64,000 nt of DNA from Eledone cirrhosa (taxonomy: Eukaryota). The first letter of the stretch is position 1. Every line of letters starts with the position of its first letter. The stretch lies in contig OZ024740.1 in the NCBI GenBank assembly GCA_964016885.1, positions 265,608,001 to 265,672,000 of the forward strand, read 5' to 3'. A program made the translations under genes and the position numbers. Positions 54,065 to 64,000 of the stretch are shown in pieces. Below the pieces are notes generated by a model. It had not been told where the DNA came from, did no database searches, and was given only the letters and a program-made list of their open reading frames with translations.

Positions 54065-54660
54065 TTAGGCCACCGGAATAACCTCAATAAAATGCAGGCA
54101 TAACAGACCAGATATAATGATGTAGAACAGGGAAAAGAAGGCATGCACAGTAGTGGAAGTTAGCTTCCCAGCAGATGCCAATATAATATCAAAGATTAGC
54201 GAAAAGGAGAATATTTATGTAGAACTGATGAGAAATCTGCAGATACTCCACCTCGACTATGTCTTCAGATTTATGCCTGTGATTGGGCACTGGGATATGT
54301 TGGTAACTACCACAATACAAATCTTGAGAAGCTTGGATTCACATAAACAGAAATAACACGACTAGTTAGGAAATTACAAGTACAATCCATTAATGGAACA
54401 GTAAAAATATGTAAACATTCCAAAAATGTTGCATCTAATAACTGCATATACACATGTACAGATACAAAGCGTATGCACACATATAACTCAAAACATCCAC
54501 ATCCACACATACATTAATATCCATAGCTGCACACACATTCATGCAGACATATCTACCTAGCTGATGTTGTGTAAATTCAAACGTGACAGTCTTCTATCTA
54601 TGTTAGAATCCGACTCTCTCTCTATTGCAAAACAGATTGTGAAATTATAAAAACCAGAAG
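54065..54660 (+). pseudogene. 3' end of an RLE-encoding non-LTR element (R4/Dong-like) with 3' UTR
   Basis: HNRPDIMM..VVEVSFP..EKENIY..L..MPVI/GALG; followed by (TACA)n. Confidence 0.72.
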
Positions 54661-55906
54661 AACATACATATCAACATACATATATACATACATACATGCG
54701 TGCATTCATACTTACATACATATATACATACATGTGCATCCATCCATCGATATCTACATATATACATACATATCTGTGAGTGTATGTGCGTGTGTGTACC
54801 TGAATAACATGTGCTGTTAGTGATTTCAAATGTGTAATTTATTCAAATATTTGAGTCTAACAACAACTAAAGGTGGTGAATACTATAGCTTTGATTATAG
54901 AATCAGTCTTAGTATTTCTGTAAATCACTTAACCTTCGTTCCAGAAGTTGGCTGCAGTAAATTCGATGAAATTAAGAATTTACTTCTAATCTATCTCATC
55001 GGCTAGTAAAAGAATAACATTTCACTCATTAGTGCGATGTTAACTAATGAACATTACAACGAAACAATTATGCCGAGATTGTACCTAATACAGGGAAGAA
55101 GAACAAGATCTTATTTTTATAATTTTTTTTTGTGTGTATTTGTGTGTATATGTTGTTTTTTTATTTTATTTTGTTTTTTTGTGTGTTTTATTTTGTTTTC
55201 TTTATCTGCTTCATTATTCTATCTAACAATCAATCTGTGGAGTTTTCTATTTCATGCAAACCAAGAATACTAAATTGGAATAACTCATGTTATTATAGTT
55301 CACACCGTTGCGATCGTTACCAGTATTGGAGGAATAATAGAAAAGAAATGTTGCCATGTTATTAGCGAAAGTTTTTTACCTTTGCATATTTATCCTGATT
55401 TCTTTAGATCCTTGAAGAGATTGACTTGAGAAAATTAAATAACTTCAGGAATTCGCTATGAAATCTGAAAAAAATACGTAATTAGTCTCAATGGTAAAAA
55501 GCTTTTCAAAGTCGAATATAAAACTCCAATCGATAGCAAGACTTTTTAGCTATATTTTATTTAAAATTTGTATTCAGCTTTCGTTTTGTTTCTGCTGTTT
55601 TTTAGTGTTTTTTTTTTTTGTTGTTGTTGATTTTTTCATGTAACAATGCAAAGTTGTTTCATTTTGTCTACGTTTTCCGTTCCGTCGCCCAACGTTCTGA
55701 GCCTTTATCCATTTACCAGTGAAGAAATCAAAATTTAATTTCACTTGTCATAGCAATTTAATTACATTCAAACCTTCAACGCGTCTAGACAAATTATCAT
55801 TTTACCTTAACTTTTATATTTTAACACTTTAAACACAATCAGTATGAACTAGAGATTCTAACAGACCGCTTACATGCATTATATATATATACATATATAT
55901 ATATAC

Positions 55907-55994
<88 letters not shown>

Positions 55995-55997
<3 letters not shown>

Positions 55998-56162
55998 CCA
56001 GTAAGACCCCGACGGCTGAGCTCAAGCCGTTTCGACGGCTAATTCTCCGGCTTGAGTTCAGCCGTCGGGGTCTTACTGGTTCCTATTACCCACTCTACTA
56101 CCCTAAGTATTGAGTAATTTGGTGCGTTATGGTCCACCTGGTTCCTTACCACATTTCCTACG

Positions 56163-56165
<3 letters not shown>
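55995..56165. mobile_element. Fold-back 3'-end fragment of the 57-kb PLE family
   Basis: Asymmetric hairpin 55995-56082 plus tail; long (TA)n on both sides. Confidence 0.85.
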
Positions 56166-56252
<87 letters not shown>

Positions 56253-56957
56253 GTTCGCTAGACCGAAAAAAATTTTCTTTTCATATATATATATATATAT
56301 AGATATATATAGATATACACTATACTATATTATATATGCATATATATATATATATAAATATACGAGCCGTCTATTTATTAGATAGATAGATAGATAGATA
56401 GAGAGAGAGACAAATTCATGTAGTGTCCCTACATCAATGAAGGAAGATATTATTGATGTTATAGACATATGAATGCCTAGCAGCATTGCCTAATCGCATT
56501 TACAACTATAATTTGCATAGTTATATGGATGCATTTAATTGGAATCATATTAATAGTGTATAATATTATGAAGGTGTATAATTCTAGTCATTAGCTCTCC
56601 AGATATTGGGCCGCGCAGATTTGCGCATGCTTCTGGATTCATCTTAAATTTCCCACAAGCGTACAATGTTACTTATACGTAGGTCTGAAAATATCAGCGA
56701 TTTAATGAAGACCAGTGTCTTCCTACCGATTTATATATTATCAGACCTTGCAGAATGAACTTGTTAGAACTAACATGGCTTTGGTATCAACAACTTCCCT
56801 ATGATGACGGAATTTCTTCCAATATTGGTTATCCTAATTTATTAGGACAATTAAAAACATGATACGAACGAAACTCTTGTCTAGTTTGTATTCTCTCGCC
56901 TCCATGTAGATTTTGCCATAACTTAAACTGTATATATATGTATATATATATATATAT

Positions 56958-58104
56958 AACAAAGGAATTGTGGTAAGGAACCAGATGGACCATAATGCAC
57001 CAGAGTACTCAATACTTAGAGTAGTAGAGTGTAAAATGGGAAAAAAGTATGACCCCGACGGCAGAGCTCAAGCTGTTTCGACGGCTATTTCTGGACTAAA
57101 TTACAATTTTTAGCCTGGTGAATAAATACCCGAGCTTGTCAAGGGGGTACTTCCTTATATGGGAAGATTGTAGTTGTCAAGAGGATTGGTTAAAATGTGT
57201 TGTAAACACAAATATGTCTATCATAGCATTTGGTGGGAGGTAGGGGTGGCTGAACTTGCCTGTAGAACAATAAGGGAGTGAGTGGAGCGGTCAAGCGTTG
57301 AAAGTGCTATGTATACAGCAGGTTCTAAGGATAGTGTATGAAGTGGATGAGGGAGGTTAGAGTAGGTAAATCGAATGAGAGTAGGAGACAATAAAAGATA
57401 CTAGAAATAAATAAAAAAATATATAAAATTAGATAGTGAGAAATGAATAAAAATATCACAATGCTATCTTACAATTACAGATTAATAAGTTGAGAATAGA
57501 AAAAATTTGTAGAAATTAAAGGGATTTAACACATCTGCTATAAGTAGTTAGTAAAACGTATTCGGCCAATTCTATCTTAAAATAACATGGTGGGGGAACT
57601 GATGCTACAAGGCCCGATGGGTTGCATCGGGGTAGGCAAAAGGGGAAAAGCAGACGGGGAAGAAAATAGGGGTGGAAGGAAGTGATAGGATGAGACAGTG
57701 GGAAGAAGACAAAGAGGAAAAGAAAAGAGATACATCTACCTGTGTAAGCTGGGATTTCCCCTAACTTATTCGGCAAGTGTGTGTGTGTGGGGGGGGGGGG
57801 GACTATCAGCCCTTGTCTACCCACCCGGGTCGTTATAGAGTTTGAGGGCGAGGTAAGTCCTACGCAATCTGTGTTTGCATGCTGTTACCAGTTCGTCTTT
57901 CTTATTTAGGAGTTGGTCCTTCGAAAACAACACTTGTAATGTTTCCTCCGAGCATAAGTTACACGGACGGCGTCCTCCCGTGTAAGAGTTAGCTCTGGAC
58001 AGTAAGCTCCGAGTGAGATTATCTTGGAGGTCCCAGATGTGGCCCGAAAGTATAGTGGCATGTCGCCGGACCGGGTTTCGGAAAGTTTCGGGGTCAAACG
58101 TTTT

Positions 58105-58105
<1 letters not shown>
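56958..58105 (-). mobile_element. 3' fragment of a PLE (GIY-YIG C-terminus, UTR, HHR-bearing end)
   Basis: T.LSGHIWDL..ANSYTGGRRPCNLCSEE..LLNKKDELVTACKHR; (TA)n at both ends. Confidence 0.85.
57052..57148 (-). ncRNA. Type I hammerhead, UUGACAA core, long stem II
   Basis: rc: ACCCCC-TTGACAA-G..CGG..CCGTC-GAAA-CAGC..GCCG-TC-GGGGT; other copies have perfect stem III CGGCT/AGCCG. Confidence 0.6.
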
Positions 58106-58162
<57 letters not shown>

Positions 58163-58298
58163 GAGAGAGAGAGTGGGGAGAGTGACACACAGTGGCGCTG
58201 CGGTCGTGATTTTATCTATCACTCTAACCACTCTGCATCTCCGCAGGCATTGAGTACTCCCCTGTTTCAGCACCACAAACTCTCTCTCTCTCTCTCTT

Positions 58299-58400
<102 letters not shown>

Positions 58401-59540
58401 GATCAATGTAAACTGTTATAACAGAGAATTGTTGGTAGGTGGTAATCGATAAGATAAGAGTTATATTCGATTCTATGCTATCTTTGATTTGAGTAATTCT
58501 GCATGCTGTTTTTCCATGGATTATAGTTATCAAACGTCGGATGGAATGCTTTGTGTATATGATTTGGCTCTCTGAGTTCAAATCTCGCCATTGTCACCTT
58601 TGCTTTTCATCGATTTGAGGTCGATAAAATAAGAACCACTCTAGTACTGGTGTCGATTTTTTCTCTATATTTCTTTCTTACTTCCATTCTTCTCTGGAAG
58701 AAATCTGCTGTTTTCTGACCTCGAGTCCACCAGGTTTAAAAATACCTTAGGAACACCGTACGTCAATACGGCGCCCCTACAACTCCCTGAGAGTTACAGG
58801 ACCATGTATTCATAGCTACTAATAAATGGAGTTTTCTAAAAGGAAATTTATTAAAATCCTTTACAACATTTTCTGTGCATAAGGTCCTGTCTATTATATT
58901 TCCAATGAAATCTAAAATTATAAAGTAACCTAAAACTATCGAAACAAAATAAAATTAATTCTGAATTACTTTAAGTATGAGAAACTGCCTTCCCTACAAC
59001 GAACTTTGACTAGTTACACCGCAAGCCAATCAGAAACGGATCATGAAATGCTAAGCAAGTTGACTAATCAGATACAATTCCTACTAACTTTACTCCACTC
59101 AAAGCTTTTATCAGATACCATTTGCACGTGAAACAACATTGCTTGATTTAACCCAAATTATTGCATGGTTCTCCTATAAGACATTTTACTCTTTGACATA
59201 GGTAGAACTCGTATGGGGCCTTTATGTCTCCTTACATATGTATAGTGTGGTAATGTGTATATATAATTATGTTGTTCACCATTAATAGATGTGTTCGTCA
59301 GAAATTCTTTCCTTCCGATGGAGTGCATAAAATCCCATCCAGTGCACGGAAATAAAACAACCAATTTATTTAAGTCTGATATAAAGATATTCTACCAAAA
59401 AAAAAGATCTCTAGTGTAGGAAACTGCGCAGAATTTCCGGAATAAGAAAATACACAGGATTTCATGCGCAGAAATAATTGTACATATTCTAATAATTTGC
59501 TGTTTGAAAACTATATTGCTTTTTGTTAACTATATATATA

Positions 59541-59658
<118 letters not shown>

Positions 59659-59896
59659 CGTGTGTGTGTGTGTCTGCGTGTGTGTCTGTGTGTGTCTGCG
59701 TGTGTGTCTGTGTATGTGTGTATGTTTATGTGTGTGTGTGTGTGTGTGCGTTCGAAAATAATGTTTTTTCCTTATATCACACACGTCTCTCCATCCCTCT
59801 TAACTTTTGAAAATCATGAAACTTGGGAAAGCGGTGAAATGATGTTATTTAAAATAAATCTTTTAAGGACTCCAATTGCATTTTCAACTTCTTTTC

Positions 59897-59948
<52 letters not shown>

Positions 59949-59965
59949 TTATTGATTAGGTGATA

Positions 59966-60076
59966 CCCGCTGATGAAGCCACATGCACCGATTATGCATT
60001 GTTGCATAATATATTCAGACATGGAGTGCGGTGCACCCTACTGCTGCCTTAAGTGTGGCAGAAACTCGAGTTCGGG
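59966..60076 (+). ncRNA. Type I hammerhead with ~85-nt structured stem II
   Basis: CCCG-CTGATGA-aGCCACA..TGTGGCa-GAAA-CTCGAG-TT-CGGG; inner stems TGCACCG/CGGTGCA and ATTATGCA/TGCATAAT. Confidence 0.8.
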
Positions 60077-60245
60077 AACTAGTATAGGTACCCGTTTGCG
60101 TGTGTTGTATTGAAGCGAATAACTATGTATATATTCTGGGAGTGTATTTTACATTACCTATTTGAGTACGCTGAGATGCAACCGGTCATAGCAGTGATGC
60201 TGGGTCCGCCAACTTCTTATTAATTTATATATATTATATATATAT

Positions 60246-60445
60246 ATAATTGTTTCTACTTTTGGCACTTTTGGCACAAGGCCAGAAATCACCCAGTGCA
60301 TTACTGGTACTTTATTTTATCGACCCCGTAAGCATGAAAGGTAAAGTTAACCTCGGCGGGATTTGAATTCAGAATGGCAAGGGCCGTAACTCTATGCGTC
60401 AAAGCATGGCGTCCGACCCTCTACCGATACTGCCAATCCACTGCC
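60246..60445 (-). mobile_element. tRNA-derived SINE family 1
   Basis: Full-length match. Confidence 0.88.
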
Positions 60446-60477
60446 TTCATATATTTCATTATATATATATATATATA

Positions 60478-61159
60478 TAATGAAATATATGGAGAATATA
60501 AATGGCTGTGTAGTTGCTATTTAAGGTAACTTAAAATGCAGTGGGAATACAAAGAAAGCAAGAATATGGGAGAGGGGAGTTTTCCTCATCAGTTGTCTAC
60601 TGGGGATCTAGGATATTTCTACGCTTTAAAGACAAGATACCACTTCATCCCAGGGCGTCAATAACTGGATAAGTTATTGGGAACACGAAGGAAGGGAGGG
60701 AGGGAACAATAACAAAACAGCGACAAAAAACACAAACCGAGCAACGTGCGAGCAACAATAGGTAGGAGATCCAAGACCACTCGATAAAAGAACTTAAGTT
60801 CGAGACTGAGTGGTCGAGAGGAAAGAGACACACGTCTGATGGCCGCAGTTGTAAGTGAAAAGAGAACTGCTAAACGGTCAGACGAGGGTCTGAAAGAGAG
60901 AGTGAGAAAAGGAGAGGAAGAAAGTGGTGTAAGAGTAGATAGGGAGAAAGGGAGGGGAAGAAAGAGGGGTGAGAGTAGAAAGTGGCGAAATAGGTAGGTA
61001 GAAGGGGAGAGAAGAATCGTCACAGCGAAAAACTTGATGAAATATATGGAGAATAGAAATGGCTGTGTAGTTGCTATTTAAAGTAAATTAAAATGCAGTG
61101 GGAATACGAAGAAAGCAAGGAGGTTCCTCATCAGTTGTCTACTGGGGTTCTAGGATATC

Positions 61160-61160
<1 letters not shown>
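60478..61160. mobile_element. Terminally redundant ~556-bp element, circular permutation of 14980-15577
   Basis: 60480-60615 repeats at 61036-61160; bounded by (TA)n. Confidence 0.75.
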
Positions 61161-61251
<91 letters not shown>

Positions 61252-61313
61252 AGAGAGGGGGGGGAGAGAGTGAGAGAATGAATGTTGAGAAGTGACACAC
61301 AAGTTAGTATATG

Positions 61314-61421
61314 TTAGGAAAATAAGAAACAAGAAGAAAATGCTAATAGAATTTTATCATAGACGAGTTCTCCTATGATAAAATTCTATTAGCATTTTCT
61401 ACTGTTTTCTTATTTTCCTAA
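61314..61421. repeat. Fold-back hairpin, ~48-bp arms
   Basis: AGAAAATGCTAATAGAATTTTATCATAG / CTATGATAAAATTCTATTAGCATTTTCT. Confidence 0.85.
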
Positions 61422-61503
61422 TATATATATATATATTTCGAAATAACAGAAAAACAAACAAACGCAGGAGTAAATGATAAGCGTGAAACTAATAACACCA
61501 TCT

Positions 61504-61553
<50 letters not shown>

Positions 61554-61643
61554 AACCATTTACCTATTACTCACTCTACTACCCCAAGTATTGAGTACTT
61601 TGGTGCGTTATGGTCCACCTGGTTCCTTACCACATTTCCTTCG

Positions 61644-61701
<58 letters not shown>

Positions 61702-63376
61702 ATATTATTGACAGGCGTCTTAAAAGTACTCAATACCAAAATAAAGTTTAAATATTCATTTAATTATGGCTATATAGTAAGCCTTAATACTGAGGAGTTT
61801 CACCTGCGCACTCGTAGATTCATCCGACAACACTATATACATATACATGATAGTATGCTTTTTTCAGTTGATGAACGGAAGATCATAATCAAATGAGGTG
61901 CTCAATACATTAGGTAAATTATATATAACCTTTATTTCAAATTGTAATGACTGCTACGTGTGTAGTCCCGTTTCATTCGTTTGAAATCAGCATGAATGTG
62001 TGTGTACGTGGTTGTGTGTGAAAATTAGTTTGTGTGAAAATTGTTTTGTTTTTTTTACTGATATGCATGAAGGAAATCATTTATCGACATGTGTCTTTTT
62101 TACTGTTGTTTGGTTTACGCAATTTCTCAGAAAATACAAATGATATCCTAATACAGCTCCACATAATATGGCTGCTAATTGATTCTCTTCAAAAGCATTC
62201 CTTGCAATAATTATCTCCTCTTTTTTAATGGGTAGAATGTGAAACCTTGATTCTAGTCTTTGTGAACTTATTTCTCTGTAATATTACGTATAAATTTGAT
62301 TCTTAAATATACGCCCACTGGAACCTTGTCAACTCGATTGATATGCGGACAATGGAATTTGTACTGGATAAAAGCTTCAAGATGTATATCCTATGGTGAA
62401 TAGAGATAATTTCGATGAAATTATTCCTGGCGTAGGAATTATGACAATCATTGTGGAAATAAAAGATGGATTGAAAGGCACTGATCTATATTCTTTTTGC
62501 CTAAAGAGAAAACTCCAATTGCATAATTGTTAATTATGCAATAATTACGTGGTCTTCACACACAATGTATAGTGTTTACTTCTACTTATTTAATCACTTA
62601 TATGTTGGGCTTAACAACATTCCGCTCACTGAAATTGATCTCAATATGAGATGAGTTTTATATTAAAGGAAATAGGCGAGATCCTACATCGAAAAATCAT
62701 AGCAATTAGCGAACTTATTTGTCTCATTTGATGTTATACAAAATGAAAGAATGAAGCTATTTCAATCTAAGCAAGCTTCAATGACTTCTCATTGCCAATC
62801 ATATATCCATTCATCAAAGTGAAACTGTCAGTAGGATACCAAGCAGTTTCCTTGCTTTGATTTTCAAAATGATTGCTGATTTGATAATCCCCGCGGGAAG
62901 GAACTTCTTAAATACACATACAAAGAATTAATCTATATCGTGTAATTTTCACTTCCAGACATTTAACTATAGCGTTGCTCATTTGAACAGAATTATTAGT
63001 TATTCAGCTAGATTATCTTGATGGTGCATTGTCATTAATATTCTATAGACCGCTGATAACAGAAAACACTTAATAATCTTTTCCATTTTGAACTTTCAAA
63101 GCAATTATCCATTATTATACACTACATATTAATCCGGGGCCGATTAATATCTAAAGTTAATTCTTTGTAGCTGTTATTGTTATTTTGAAACAAGAATGAA
63201 TCTTCAGTATAATTTATTAATCGTCATTAGCGAGGTACATACACTGAGAGGGCTAAAGAATGATATTGTAAATATATACACTTTAAAATTAATAATATTC
63301 TGAGTAAGATGATACAGAGTAAAATTATTATAGCAATTTCGAAAATAGGAAAGAAAATATTTTGAGTCTAAATAAT

Positions 63377-63415
<39 letters not shown>

Positions 63416-63416
<1 letters not shown>

Positions 63417-64000
63417 TAGCAGTTTAGCCCGGCGTTGCTCGGGTTTGTTCATTTACTATGGAAAGTTACATACAGATAAACGTGGTATGAAAGCGAATAA
63501 GCTTATCAATTAAGTGCATAAAGCAGTTGAACCGGTTATTAAAAGTTACGAACCAATTAGCATTTTGGACAATCAATGATGGGTTAATAATCTTCCAATA
63601 GCGAATTTAGCAGATCAAAGTTGCAAGATGGTGGCTCTGATGCCGCTGGGTGTCAGATCTGTCCGCCATGCGTGACCCTACCAGGAAATAGTTTTCCAGA
63701 CGGCATAGCTACAACACCTCCAACACCTGCACCAACATCTATAGCACCTCTTTGTAGACCATATTGCGTGTCATCCCTTGAGGAGTGTAAGCAAATGGTT
63801 CATTCCTGCTCCCTACGCGGGAACAGGCAACATAAAGTTGGCCATGGGAGAAGCATGGCTCCCCCAAATGGATGCCCGCCATCGACAATGTTTGCACTTG
63901 TGACTTGTTAATGGACATGGCAAAACATGGTCTCACCGGGAATTGGGATCGCCGGAAATCGAACGGGATATCTGACGCCGAGGGGAAAATGTTCATCCTT
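63416..64000 (-). mobile_element. Helitron 3' end with helicase C-terminus (63739-63996)
   Basis: FRRSQFPVRPCFAMSINKSQ.QTL..CFSHGQLYVACSRV..TRNMVYKEVL; rc hairpin CCCG-agcaacgc-CGGG then CTAG|T. Confidence 0.92.

Noticed and set aside
59262-59308. Minus-strand CTGACGA..GAAC hammerhead-like string
   Set aside because: GAAC instead of GAAA, no stem III, poor stem I
62100-63200. Possible decayed DNA transposase
   Set aside because: No convincing motif or terminal repeats recognised by eye

Overview
Eukaryotic, AT-rich, repeat-saturated DNA with no recognisable host protein-coding exon. The SINE families and the (TA)n/(CA)n/(GA)n density suggest a cephalopod (octopus-like) intron or intergenic region, which is an inference. 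Contents: (1) a 35-bp minisatellite; (2) a near-full-length but broken RTE LINE with three C-terminal C2H2 fingers, plus internally deleted derivatives; (3) two L1/Tx1 fragments and an R4/Dong-type RLE fragment; (4) four Helitron pieces; (5) many tRNA-derived SINEs; (6) five Penelope-like element (PLE) ORF remnants. The main signal is non-coding. Folding by hand finds about 18 type I hammerhead ribozyme (HHR) motifs in about 11 sequence families, several degenerate. They include variant cores (UUGANAA, CCGANGA), palindromic dimer-type stem III and stem II arms of about 40-85 nt. They sit in inverted PLE pseudo-LTRs (pLTRs), in a circularly permuted ~540-bp retrozyme-like element, and in small fold-back insertions embedded mostly in (TA)n. 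Most listed ORFs are microsatellite artefacts. All structures were folded by eye and need Infernal/RNAfold and cleavage assays. Repeat boundaries are approximate.
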